This document shows positions 8,772-19,197 of a DNA stretch of 64,000 bases, piece by piece. The position numbers were made by a program, and so were the translations under genes. The stretch is taken from positions 1 to 64,000 of IMG/VR virus record IMGVR_UViG_3300030102_007626; one strand, 5' to 3'. Under the pieces are notes generated by a model. That model was not told the origin of the DNA, did not search any database, and saw only the letters and a list, made by a program, of their open reading frames with translations. This DNA comes from a virus. Each line of letters starts with the position of its first letter. Position 1 is the stretch's first letter.

Positions 8772-11700
8772 ATGGCAACAGCAAAAAATGTATCAACAGA
8801 AAATAAAGTTAATATAGTAACAAATACTGAAAATAATGTTACTGTAACTCAACCTTCTATTCAGGCTGTTGAAATTATAACAGGTCCACAAGGAAAAAAA
8901 GGAGATACTGGAGCTCAAGGTACCCCAGGTGATCCTGCATCAACAGGTTCATTAGTAGCAACAGGATCTGTAAGTAATAATGTTTTAACATTTACAAAAG
9001 GTGATAATTCTACTTTTGTTTTAACTGTTGATACTGGTAGTTCAACAACTCCTGCAGGTAATGATCAAGAAATACAATTTAATAACAATGGTTCTTTTGG
9101 TGGAGATTCAAAATTTAGATTTATACATACTTCTCAAAGTTTAGAACAAGGTAATGGAGTAAATGCTTCTGGATCATATTCTCATGCTGAAGGAGAATTT
9201 ACAAAAGCTATAGGTTCTGGTGCTCATGCTGAAGGTCAGGTAACTAGAGCAATAGGAGAAGCCTCTCATGCTGAAGGAAGAGAAACAAAAGCTTTAGGAA
9301 AATTTGCTCATTCCCAAGGAGAACAAACAATGGCTATAGGACGTGCTTCTTTTGTAGCAGGTGACATAAACACAGCAAGTGCTCATTATTCATTTGTAAT
9401 AGGAAATCAAAATAAAGAAACTCATGGAGAATATGGTTTTGTTGCAGGATATGGAAATGCATCAACAGAAGATGCTAAATATTCTACAGTTTTAGGATAT
9501 CAAAGTCACGTATATGGTTGGGCTGCAGTTGCTATAGGAAGAAAAACATCAGCAAGTTTTTATGGTTTTGCTTCAGGTGATGCAACTAGAGCTTTATTTG
9601 CTGCACATGCTGAAGGAAGATTTACAAAAGCAAACTCAAGATATACTCACACTGAAGGAGTAAGTACTATGGGAGGTGGACATTTTGTTACACTTTTTAC
9701 AGCTTCTTCAACAGAACCTACTTCCAATTGGGGAGACGAAGATGAAGACTCTAATATTAACGATGGAGATGTTTGGTATAATACTAATAATAATTTATTG
9801 TATGCTTATAGTGGATCCCCTTCGGGAGTATTTGTTTCTCAAAACACAACCCCTGTAGAGACAATTTCTTTTAATACTTCTTCAGGAGTATATACTTTTT
9901 TTACAGGATCTGCAGCTTTTGGAAATGGGGATACATTCCCTCCTTCTTCAGGTTCAGATATTCTTGCTGCAAGACACCAATATAATTCAGGAAAACACTC
10001 ACATGCTGAAGGTGTTTTAACTACAACTTATGCTAGAAATTCTCATGCTGAGGGAAAATCAACTGTTGCAGCGGGATTTGCTTCTCATGCAGAAGGACTT
10101 GCAACTAGAACTGGAGCTCATAATAATTATTACGCACAATTAGAAGGAGAAAGTGGTTCTTATGCTCATGCTGAAGGTAAACAAACTCAAGCAGTTGGAA
10201 TAGCATCACATGCTGAAGGTCTTAGTTCAAGAGCATTAGGTGATTTTTCACATGCTGAAGGATTACTTACTATTGCATTAGGTGATTACCAACATACAAT
10301 GGGTCGCTATAACCATCCTAATACTCATTCTCTAGTTATTATAGGAAATGGACAAAATTCTTCTATTACTAGTAGTTTAATTGAATTTAATAGGGATGGA
10401 ATTATAATAAACGAACCTATTACAGGTTCTACATTTAATGTAGAAGCTAATACTATTATTAGTGATAATAGTGACACTGAGTTACTTCGTGTAACCCAAA
10501 CAGGAACAGGTGATGCTATACGTATAGAAGACTCAGGAAACCCTGATTCAACTCCTACTGTTATTACAAATGTTGGTGATGTACTAATTGGTACAGGTTC
10601 TGGAGCACCTGCTAATAATAAACTTTATGTAAAAGAGGGTGATGCAGGATCTCTATCTTTAAGTTCAGGAAATACTGTAGTAATAGAAAGTAATACTACA
10701 AATTATTTAGGATTATTTGCTCCAGATGCTAGTTTCTCTGGAATAGTAATGGGTAGTCCTTCTGATGCATTTGGAGCATTTATTAGATGGCAACATGATA
10801 GTGGACAATTGCGAATTGCAGCAGCTAAAACTAATCATAGCATTGGGTTTTCTGTTGGTAATAAAAGTGCAACATCGATGCAACTTACACCTGATGCTAC
10901 ATCAACATCGAACCCTAATGCTACCTTAACTGTAACAGGAAGTATACGCTCACACACAGGATCATTTGGGAGATTAGAAGGATTATCTCCTATAATAGTT
11001 GGGGATCAAACAACATTTGAACAATCTATAACTGCATCAAGTAATATAAGTGCTAGTGGAACTATTGTAGCATCTAATTTAAGCGGAACGAACACCGGTG
11101 ATCAAGACTTATCATCTTTCATAACTAATTCGCAAACTGCTTCAATGTCAGTAGAGAGTGCTAGCTTTGCTACAACGGCATCGCATTTATTAGATAATCC
11201 TCCACCATTTCCATTTGTTGGCGATGCAACAATAACTGGATCATTAACAGTATCTGGAAGCCAAACCGGCGTTACTGCAGCAGTTGAAAAAATAAATTTA
11301 GGTAAATACTCAATTCAAACTCTAAATTCTCAAGATGCCGGATTTTTAGGACAATTCGGAGGTCAACTTATTATAAGCGCTTCAGATTTTACTTATAAAA
11401 ATCCTCTTTTTGTAATACAAAGACATGCACTTAATAATGAGGGGCTTGATCTTTGGGCTCAAAAAGATTTTTATGTTGGCGGCTCTAGTTATGCAAGTGG
11501 TGAAATTAGTACTATATTTTCAGTTAGTGGATCTGATTCAGGTGGAAGATATGGTGAAATTCACCTAGGGAATGAGTTAAAAAGTCTTAATTTACAACCC
11601 AGTATAAAAATACTCGGCCATGTAACAGCATCAGCAAATATAAGTTCAAGTGGAACTATAGAATCTGCAGGTAACATAACAAGTGGAACATCAAGAACTT

Positions 11701-11915
11701 TATTTACTACAGCAAGTATAGTTTATAGTGGAAGTAATGTTACACAAGTAACACAATCATTTGGATCAACCCAACAAATAACAAATATAATCTACTCAGG
11801 TTCATTTGAAGATGGGAATCCTTTATCAATATCCGTGACTGGGTCAGATGGGGTTAATAAATTATACACTCTAACATATAGTGCAAGTTTAGTTACACAA
11901 ATAATACAAAGTTAA
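8772..11915 (+). CDS. Long fibre protein with YadA-head-like SHAEG repeats
   Basis: Short collagen stretch, IQFNNNGSFGG motif, many 14-aa (S/A)HAEG repeats, ITASxNIS repeats. Confidence 0.75.
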   Translation: MATAKNVSTENKVNIVTNTENNVTVTQPSIQAVEIITGPQGKKGDTGAQGTPGDPASTGSLVATGSVSNNVLTFTKGDNSTFVLTVDTGSSTTPAGNDQEIQFNNNGSFGGDSKFRFIHTSQSLEQGNGVNASGSYSHAEGEFTKAIGSGAHAEGQVTRAIGEASHAEGRETKALGKFAHSQGEQTMAIGRASFVAGDINTASAHYSFVIGNQNKETHGEYGFVAGYGNASTEDAKYSTVLGYQSHVYGWAAVAIGRKTSASFYGFASGDATRALFAAHAEGRFTKANSRYTHTEGVSTMGGGHFVTLFTASSTEPTSNWGDEDEDSNINDGDVWYNTNNNLLYAYSGSPSGVFVSQNTTPVETISFNTSSGVYTFFTGSAAFGNGDTFPPSSGSDILAARHQYNSGKHSHAEGVLTTTYARNSHAEGKSTVAAGFASHAEGLATRTGAHNNYYAQLEGESGSYAHAEGKQTQAVGIASHAEGLSSRALGDFSHAEGLLTIALGDYQHTMGRYNHPNTHSLVIIGNGQNSSITSSLIEFNRDGIIINEPITGSTFNVEANTIISDNSDTELLRVTQTGTGDAIRIEDSGNPDSTPTVITNVGDVLIGTGSGAPANNKLYVKEGDAGSLSLSSGNTVVIESNTTNYLGLFAPDASFSGIVMGSPSDAFGAFIRWQHDSGQLRIAAAKTNHSIGFSVGNKSATSMQLTPDATSTSNPNATLTVTGSIRSHTGSFGRLEGLSPIIVGDQTTFEQSITASSNISASGTIVASNLSGTNTGDQDLSSFITNSQTASMSVESASFATTASHLLDNPPPFPFVGDATITGSLTVSGSQTGVTAAVEKINLGKYSIQTLNSQDAGFLGQFGGQLIISASDFTYKNPLFVIQRHALNNEGLDLWAQKDFYVGGSSYASGEISTIFSVSGSDSGGRYGEIHLGNELKSLNLQPSIKILGHVTASANISSSGTIESAGNITSGTSRTLFTTASIVYSGSNVTQVTQSFGSTQQITNIIYSGSFEDGNPLSISVTGSDGVNKLYTLTYSASLVTQIIQS
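9160..10310 (+). repeat. Intragenic 42-nt (14-aa) SHAEG repeats in two blocks
   Basis: Repeated (t/g)ctcatgctgaagg units at about 9160-9670 and 9990-10310. Confidence 0.75.
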
Positions 11916-11933
11916 TATTTATAATAAAGAATT

Positions 11934-12218
11934 ATGGCAACATACACACTACCAAATGGATCAACATGGAACACCGGTTTAGATTATTTTAAACAAACCG
12001 ACGAAAACGTGTATCAATTTATTAAAGAGATTGAAGCAGCAAACACTCCAGTTAAAACATCTATCTCTGGAGCTCCTACGCCAAGAACATCTCAACAACA
12101 ATGGATTGAGTCTTCATACGACAATTACAACTACATACGTACTACTACTTATACATATGACGGAAACACATACGTTAGAAAACATGTACAAGAAACATTT
12201 GAAATACAAAGTAAATAA
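11934..12218 (+). CDS. Hypothetical protein, fibre-associated
   Basis: ORF preceded by the late motif at 11916. Confidence 0.6.
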   Translation: MATYTLPNGSTWNTGLDYFKQTDENVYQFIKEIEAANTPVKTSISGAPTPRTSQQQWIESSYDNYNYIRTTTYTYDGNTYVRKHVQETFEIQSK

Positions 12219-12220
12219 TT

Positions 12221-13639
12221 ATGGCATGGACATTATCAGGTGATTATTATGTAGACGCAGTAGCCGGAGACGATACTAATGCAGGAACATCTACAGCACC
12301 ATTTAAAACAATACAAAAAGCAATACAAGAAGCAGAAGACAATGGATCAGGATACCAAGACATTATAGTCGGAGCTGGCACATACACAGACAGACTAGTA
12401 GCAGGAACCACAACCAATTACCTATGCTTTAAAGCAGACGGTGAAGTAATATTTGATGCTAGCAGCACAGGCGACAGTGCATTTTATAATGGCAACTTAT
12501 GGCGTGTTGAAGGATTTAAAATAGTTGATGTTGAACAAGCATTGCAAAAATCAAGTAACGATGCGTATCGAGTAAATTTTCATAAATGCTACATAAAAAA
12601 TTGTCCTGATTGGTATATAGATGCAATTATGGCAGAACTTTCTAAATATCATGACACTAATTGTATATTTGAAAACTGTGGAAGCACAAACATAAGCACA
12701 ACAAAATATGCTCGTTATTGGGCATTTACAAATTGCATGTTTATTAACAGTTGGATGCCAGGTTATAGAGCTAATGGTGATTTTTTTAGTAGTAATACTT
12801 TTACTCCACCCGCCAATTCATGTGTATTTATAAACACTGAAGATAATGGAATCACTAATTATTATATGAGCAGTGCACAATATGGAGCTGTCAGAAATTG
12901 TGTATTTAACGAACATGCTGTGTACAGAAATACCACTACTATAAAACGATCAGGATCTGCATTAGCTGACTATTTTGATACTAATACCAGTCATTATTGG
13001 GAAGCAGGAGCCATAGTTGCTAGTGCATCATTTAACACAGACATATCTGGATCTAACATGATGTCAGATGCAATGTTTACTTTAGCAGGCACCACATCTA
13101 ATAAAGATTATTTTCAAAACTATCGTTTAGGTACTACCGGTAGATTTGCTGGTACTAAAAACATGGCAACAGCGTATGGATATCAAGATATTGCATCTAA
13201 TCCATTTCACACTGCAGGTGGAGCAACGTGGACAAATATTACTGCATCAAATACAGGAGGTTTACAAATTTCAGCATCTACACACCCAACTGGAACAATC
13301 GAATCTGCAGTTATAGACCAAGGAAGTGTAAAAGTTATTAGACAAATTAAAACGTCATTTACTTCTACAGTACTAGGTGCAACTGGTATATCAGCTCACA
13401 CTGCAAGTGTAGACAACAAATTCCCAACTAGACAAACATTTGAAATGCGTTTTGGAAATACTTCTAATTTGTCTAGTACTGACTATCAAATATTTGATAC
13501 TGATTTACCGACATATGTAGATTTAAACGGATCAGGTAGTGGTGATGTAGGATTCAATACTGGTAGTTTTAGCTTACCGAGTGCTAGATATTTGCAACTC
13601 AAATTTACACTAAGAACCAACATGACTGGATCAGCATAA
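12221..13639 (+). CDS. DUF1565-like beta-helix structural protein
   Basis: YYVDAVAGDDTNAGTSTAPFKTIQKAI and IIVGAGTY motifs; xNCxF rungs; ARYLQLKFTL C-terminus. Confidence 0.65.
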   Translation: MAWTLSGDYYVDAVAGDDTNAGTSTAPFKTIQKAIQEAEDNGSGYQDIIVGAGTYTDRLVAGTTTNYLCFKADGEVIFDASSTGDSAFYNGNLWRVEGFKIVDVEQALQKSSNDAYRVNFHKCYIKNCPDWYIDAIMAELSKYHDTNCIFENCGSTNISTTKYARYWAFTNCMFINSWMPGYRANGDFFSSNTFTPPANSCVFINTEDNGITNYYMSSAQYGAVRNCVFNEHAVYRNTTTIKRSGSALADYFDTNTSHYWEAGAIVASASFNTDISGSNMMSDAMFTLAGTTSNKDYFQNYRLGTTGRFAGTKNMATAYGYQDIASNPFHTAGGATWTNITASNTGGLQISASTHPTGTIESAVIDQGSVKVIRQIKTSFTSTVLGATGISAHTASVDNKFPTRQTFEMRFGNTSNLSSTDYQIFDTDLPTYVDLNGSGSGDVGFNTGSFSLPSARYLQLKFTLRTNMTGSA

Positions 13640-14118
13640 TGGCAGTAGATGATAGAATATTATTTTATGGTGCAGCTATACAAAGCGATACTCCTAGATT
13701 TTACGGAGCATCTATCGTAGCAGATACACCTCGTTTTTATGGTGCTTCTATAGTTACAAATAATTATATGAATGGAGACATACTTGTAATTGATGGAGCA
13801 ACTTCCGAACCAATTAGCGGAGCAACTGTCACCATAGTATCCACACAAACAAACCCTATACATTATATTGGTGATATTTCAGGATCAACAGACAGTAATG
13901 GTATATTTGTAGCAACAGGTTCATCAACAACTGGAACTACTCTAACTATTGAAGCAAATGGATTTACAACATATACAGGACCATTAACATCTACAGATTA
14001 TGATTTTGGATTAACTATACCTCTATTTAAAAGTGGAGGAGCATCTAAAAAAATATATACTACAAATAAAGGTAATATCCTTATTAATCCTAATGATACT
14101 GTTCTTATAGAACTCTAG
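13639..14118 (+). CDS. Carboxypeptidase-regulatory-like (prealbumin fold) domain protein with N-terminal 12-aa repeats
   Basis: VIDGATSEPISGATVTI...TDSNG motif; FYGAxIxxDTPR repeated about 2.7 times. Confidence 0.6.
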   Translation: MAVDDRILFYGAAIQSDTPRFYGASIVADTPRFYGASIVTNNYMNGDILVIDGATSEPISGATVTIVSTQTNPIHYIGDISGSTDSNGIFVATGSSTTGTTLTIEANGFTTYTGPLTSTDYDFGLTIPLFKSGGASKKIYTTNKGNILINPNDTVLIEL

Positions 14119-14150
14119 GTTTTTTTTAATATTTATAACAAAATACTAAT

Positions 14151-15305
14151 ATGGCAAATATTCCTATATGGCCGGGTTCAAGTAGTTTCTTCCCAGGAGA
14201 CACACCTTTCGGATTTTACGATGATGATTTTCAGTTTCAAACTGACACTGATAAATTTGCTAAATTTGCAGCTCAACGTTTAGGTTACCCTCTTGTAGAA
14301 ATTGAATTACAAGATATAAATTTTTATACAGCATTTGAAGAAGCTATAACTACATATGGGAATGAATTATATGCATATCAAGTATCTGATAATTTGCTAA
14401 CTTTTCAAGGTGCTACTTCCTCAATTAACCCAGCAAATGAAGAACTACCCCAAGAAAATCTTTCAGAAATAGTACGATTATCAAATCAGTATGGAACTGA
14501 AGCAGGAGTTGGTGGTACTGTAACTTTTTATAAAGGTATTTTACCTTTAAAAGCAGGTAAACAAATTTATGATTTAAATGAATGGGCTATAAGTGAATCT
14601 ATTGAAGGTAGAATTGAAGTTAAAAAAGTTTATTATGAAATTTCTCCTGCAATCATGAGATATTTTGATCCATATGCAGGTACAGGTGTTGGAATGCAAC
14701 AAATGATGGACTCATTTGGTTGGGGATCATTTTCCCCTGCTATTAATTTTATGTTAATGCCTATTAACTATGATATGCAAAAAATTCAAGCAATTGAATT
14801 TAATGATCAAATTAGAAAATCACAATATACATTTGAATTAAAAAATAATCAAATTAAAGTATTTCCTATACCTGTACAAAGAGGTGTTAGAAAATTATGT
14901 TTTGAGTATGTTAAATTAGAAGAAACAAATCAACCTTATTTTAACAGAAATGGTCGAGAAATAATAACTAATGCATCTAATGTACCATATCAAAATCCAA
15001 ATTATACACGTATTAACTCAGTTGGTAGACAATGGATATTTGAATATGGTTTAGCATTAGTAAAAGAAATGTTAGGATATGTTAGAGGAAAATATTCACA
15101 GATACCTATTCCTGGTTCTGAAGTAACTTTAAATCAATCAGATTTAATTTCTGCAGCAACATCAGAAAAAACAGCATTAATAGAAAGACTAAGAACTTAT
15201 TTTGAATCAACATCTCGTAAAACTTTACTTCAAAAGAAAGCAGAAGAAGGTGAAGCACAAAATAAAACTTTAGGGCAAGCCCCTATGACAATTTATATAG
15301 GATAA
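14151..15305 (+). CDS. Neck protein (gp13-like head-tail adaptor)
   Basis: RLGYPLVEIEL, LGYVRGKYSQIPIPG, VTLN; first gene of the neck-tail block. Confidence 0.8.
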   Translation: MANIPIWPGSSSFFPGDTPFGFYDDDFQFQTDTDKFAKFAAQRLGYPLVEIELQDINFYTAFEEAITTYGNELYAYQVSDNLLTFQGATSSINPANEELPQENLSEIVRLSNQYGTEAGVGGTVTFYKGILPLKAGKQIYDLNEWAISESIEGRIEVKKVYYEISPAIMRYFDPYAGTGVGMQQMMDSFGWGSFSPAINFMLMPINYDMQKIQAIEFNDQIRKSQYTFELKNNQIKVFPIPVQRGVRKLCFEYVKLEETNQPYFNRNGREIITNASNVPYQNPNYTRINSVGRQWIFEYGLALVKEMLGYVRGKYSQIPIPGSEVTLNQSDLISAATSEKTALIERLRTYFESTSRKTLLQKKAEEGEAQNKTLGQAPMTIYIG

Positions 15306-15306
15306 T

Positions 15307-15816
15307 ATGGCATTATTTGGTACACAACGTGACGTTTCTTTAATTAGAAACATTAACCGAGAGTTAATGGGGGATATTATTACCCAACAGTGTGCAGTAT
15401 ATAAATTGAATTTAGAAGAAACTCGAGTAAATATTTATGGTGAATCCTCAGGAGCTAAATATTACCAAGACCCTGTATTATTAAATGTTTTACTTGAAAG
15501 AGGTGATCAAACATATAACTCTAGTGATATGGGTGTAGATTATTCAAGAGAAGTAGAATTTAGATTCTTTAGACAAGATCTAGTTGATGCTAGTTTAGTA
15601 ATTGAACCAGGAGATATATTATTATATTATGAAAGTTATTTTGAAGTAGATAGTATAAAAGATAATCAATTATTTGTAGGTAAAGACCCTAGATATCCTT
15701 ATAACCAAAATCCATTAAATCCTGGATTAGAAGATTTTGGTGCTAACTTATCTATAATATGTAAAACACATTACACTCCAGCAGACAGAGTACAAATTAC
15801 AAGAGAAAGATTATAA
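15307..15816 (+). CDS. Head closure/neck protein (gp14-like)
   Basis: NIYGE...Y, PGDILLY, YFEV motifs and synteny. Confidence 0.7.
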   Translation: MALFGTQRDVSLIRNINRELMGDIITQQCAVYKLNLEETRVNIYGESSGAKYYQDPVLLNVLLERGDQTYNSSDMGVDYSREVEFRFFRQDLVDASLVIEPGDILLYYESYFEVDSIKDNQLFVGKDPRYPYNQNPLNPGLEDFGANLSIICKTHYTPADRVQITRERL

Positions 15817-15819
15817 TAT

Positions 15820-16716
15820 ATGCCTCAATCAAGAAAACCTGTACCTAAATCTCAAAAAGAACTTAGTCGTTCTCAACAGGATCCTTATGTTTTTCCTGAA
15901 ACAGGTAATACATTAGGTAATCCTAACCAACCCTCTAATTTTAATCAGTTTACTCCTACTGAACAAAATGGTTTGGATCATAATAGATCTAATGAAATGT
16001 CTTTTAAAAATGATACAACTAAACCTTTTACAATAGGTTTACAAGATATAGATGAATCTATAATGTATTATTTTCAAAATGTAATACGCCCTTTTGTTAT
16101 ACAAAATGGTAAACGGATAGCAGTACCTATAATTTATGGTGCTCCTGAAAGATGGAAATCTGCTCAAAGGGATGGATATTATAAAGATAAAAGGGGTAAA
16201 ATTATGGCTCCTATTATTATGTTTAAAAGAGAATCTTTTGAAAAAGATAGGTCTGTAGGTAATAAATTAGATGGAAATACCCCTAATTTAGTTACAACAT
16301 TTAAAAAAGTATATAACCCTAAAAACTCATATTCTAATTTTAATGCTTTAAATAATAGAAAACCTACAGAACAATTTATAGTTAATGTAATTCCTGATTA
16401 TGTTAAGTTAAGTTATAATTGTGTTATTCAAACTTATTATATTGATCAATTAAATAAAATTGTAGAAGCTATAAACTATGCATCTGATTCTTATTGGGGT
16501 GATCCTGAACGTTTTAAATTTAAAGCTACTATAGATTCATATACTACAACAGTAGAATTAAATGATGGAGAAGATAGAATAGTAAAATCAACTTTTACTC
16601 TTAATATGTATGGACATATTATTCCTGATAATGTTCAAAAACAAATTTCATCTCTTAAAAAATTTAATAGTAAATCACAAGTAATTATAGGAATAGAAAC
16701 CACAGGAAACATTTAA
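15820..16716 (+). CDS. Tail terminator/sheath stabiliser (gp15-like)
   Basis: VPIIYGAPERW motif; position before the sheath genes. Confidence 0.7.
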   Translation: MPQSRKPVPKSQKELSRSQQDPYVFPETGNTLGNPNQPSNFNQFTPTEQNGLDHNRSNEMSFKNDTTKPFTIGLQDIDESIMYYFQNVIRPFVIQNGKRIAVPIIYGAPERWKSAQRDGYYKDKRGKIMAPIIMFKRESFEKDRSVGNKLDGNTPNLVTTFKKVYNPKNSYSNFNALNNRKPTEQFIVNVIPDYVKLSYNCVIQTYYIDQLNKIVEAINYASDSYWGDPERFKFKATIDSYTTTVELNDGEDRIVKSTFTLNMYGHIIPDNVQKQISSLKKFNSKSQVIIGIETTGNI

Positions 16717-16740
16717 AATTTTAAATAAATAAAACTAATT

Positions 16741-17013
16741 ATGTCAATTGTTACAAATCAAAAAGAAAAAAAGTTTTTAACTAAAGAAGAACTAAAAACC
16801 CTAAAAGAAATTCAAAACCAAACTCAATCTCTTATTTTAGAATTAGGTGAAATAGAAATGGTAAAATTACAAACAGAAAAAAGACATGAAGTCGCTAAAT
16901 CATTTTTAAATGAACTTACAGATCGTGAAAAAAATCTTACAAAATCTATTTTTGAAAAATATGGAAAATGTAATATTGAACCAGAAACTGGGGAAATTAC
17001 TAAGCTAAATTAA
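16741..17013 (+). CDS. Small coiled-coil protein
   Basis: LGEIE...KYG..NIEPETGEI pattern; fills the gap before sheath 1. Confidence 0.6.
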   Translation: MSIVTNQKEKKFLTKEELKTLKEIQNQTQSLILELGEIEMVKLQTEKRHEVAKSFLNELTDREKNLTKSIFEKYGKCNIEPETGEITKLN

Positions 17014-17060
17014 TTGACTTAAAATTTGTTATATTTATAATAAAATAATCTATTAATAAA

Positions 17061-19151
17061 ATGGCAGAAACTATTGTATCACCTGGAGTATTAGCTATTG
17101 AAAATGATCAATCTCAAATAACCCAACTCCCAATAGAAGCAGGTGCAGCTATTATAGGACCAACAGTAAAAGGAAAAGTTGGAATACCCACAATATGTAC
17201 TACTTATAGTGACTATACAAGTAAATATGGTTCTACTTTTGAAAGTGGAAGCCAAACTTTTACTTATCTTACTTCTATTTCAGCTTATAACTATTTTCAA
17301 AATGGGGGAACTTCTTTATTAGTAACTCGAGTAACAAGTGGATCTTTTACATCTGCAACTTCTTCTCGTATTCCTACATCAACAGCAGATACCCAAGCTA
17401 CCGCAAGTATAAATTTAACTTTTATTTCTGCTAGTGTAGCAAGTGGAGGATCAGGATCTTTTGGTATAAACGGTATTACATTATCTTACACAGGAAATAA
17501 TGTTACAAACACATCTACCCAAATTAATATAAATACAGGGTCATTTAGTGATAGTACAGTTGCTGATTATGCATTTTCATCTTCCGCAACATTTACAGTA
17601 AGCAGTTCTGTAGCTCCATATAGTGCATCTTTACAAAATATTTCTTCATCTTTTACTAGTACTAATTTAGTATTAACCCATATAGGTCAAAATGGTATTG
17701 ATGGTAATAATTTATTTTTTACCTCGGGTAGTGTTAACTATAGTTTTGTAGGAGGTACTAATACTGAATTATTAGTATTAGAAACAATTGCTGAAGGTGA
17801 AATAATGAATAGTGATGGTACATTAAATGCTAATGGTACTTTAGTTAATGGTACTTCTGATAATATAAGGTGGCAAGTAACTAACCAAAATATAAATGAA
17901 GGTACTTTTGAAATAGTAATAAGAAGAGGTGATGATACAACTTTATCTCCTTCAAGATTAGAAACTTTTAGTAATCTTTCATTAGATCCATATTCTCCTA
18001 ATTATGTTGAAAAAATAATAGGAAATCAAAAAGAAGTAGTAAATAGTGATGCTGGAGAATTTTATGTAAAAATGCAAGGTGAATATCCTAATAATTCAAG
18101 ATTTGTAAGAGTTAAAAAAGTAAATTTCACAACTCCTGAATATTTTGATAATAACGGGGACCCTAAACCCCAATTTACAGGATCCTTACCTACCACTTCA
18201 AGTGGAGCTTTTGGATCAGCTATAGGAAGTAATATTTCTACAGATGAAGGTAAATACTATGAAAACATTTCAAACGATAATATTCAAGGACTTCAAGCTT
18301 CAGATTATACAAATTCAGTTTCATTATTAGCTAATAAAGAAGCATATAGATATAATTTACTTACTATTCCTGGGTTAACTTCTGATTTTTCAAATCATGT
18401 TTCTACTATTACAAATGTAATAAATACAGTACAAAATAGAGGAGATTCTATGGCTGTAATAGATTTAGTAAGATATGGATCAAATGTAACCACAGTAAAT
18501 TTACAAGCTAATACCTATGATACATCCTATGCTGCTACTTATTGGCCTTGGGTACAAACAATTGATCCTAATACTGCTAGACAAGTATGGGTGCCTGCTT
18601 CAACATTAATACCTGGAATTTATGCTTTTAATGATAGAATAGCTGCCCCATGGTTTGCACCAGCGGGACAAAATAGAGGTATAATGGGTACCGCTGTTAG
18701 AGCTGAAAGATATTTAACCCAAGGTAATAGAGATTCACTATATGAAAATAAAGTAAATGGTATAGTTACATTCCCTAATACTGGAGTTACAGTATTTGGA
18801 CAAAAAACACTCCAAAAGAAAAAAACAGCTTTAGATAGAGTAAATGTAAGACGATTATTAATTGAATTAAAAGGTTTTATTTCTCAAGTAGCAGATACTT
18901 TAGTATTTGAACAAAATAATGTTACAACAAGAAATAATTTTTTATCCCAAGTAAATCCTTACTTAAACTCTGTCCAAAATCAACAAGGTTTAACAGAATT
19001 TAAAGTTGTAATGGATGATTCAAATAATACCCCAACAACTATAGACAATAACCAATTAATTGGACAAATATATTTACAACCAGTTAGATCAGCAGAATTT
19101 ATTATATTAGACTTTAATGTATTACCAACAGGTGCAACATTTCCATCATAA
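17061..19151 (+). CDS. gp18: Contractile tail sheath protein, copy 1 (gp18-like)
   Basis: SPGV N-terminus; YAATYWPW, PWFAPAG, FGQKTLQ, LDRVNVRRLL, FEQN. Confidence 0.93.
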   Translation: MAETIVSPGVLAIENDQSQITQLPIEAGAAIIGPTVKGKVGIPTICTTYSDYTSKYGSTFESGSQTFTYLTSISAYNYFQNGGTSLLVTRVTSGSFTSATSSRIPTSTADTQATASINLTFISASVASGGSGSFGINGITLSYTGNNVTNTSTQININTGSFSDSTVADYAFSSSATFTVSSSVAPYSASLQNISSSFTSTNLVLTHIGQNGIDGNNLFFTSGSVNYSFVGGTNTELLVLETIAEGEIMNSDGTLNANGTLVNGTSDNIRWQVTNQNINEGTFEIVIRRGDDTTLSPSRLETFSNLSLDPYSPNYVEKIIGNQKEVVNSDAGEFYVKMQGEYPNNSRFVRVKKVNFTTPEYFDNNGDPKPQFTGSLPTTSSGAFGSAIGSNISTDEGKYYENISNDNIQGLQASDYTNSVSLLANKEAYRYNLLTIPGLTSDFSNHVSTITNVINTVQNRGDSMAVIDLVRYGSNVTTVNLQANTYDTSYAATYWPWVQTIDPNTARQVWVPASTLIPGIYAFNDRIAAPWFAPAGQNRGIMGTAVRAERYLTQGNRDSLYENKVNGIVTFPNTGVTVFGQKTLQKKKTALDRVNVRRLLIELKGFISQVADTLVFEQNNVTTRNNFLSQVNPYLNSVQNQQGLTEFKVVMDDSNNTPTTIDNNQLIGQIYLQPVRSAEFIILDFNVLPTGATFPS

Positions 19152-19197
19152 TATAATATTTTAAAAAAAGAATTAATATTTATAATAAAAATATAAA

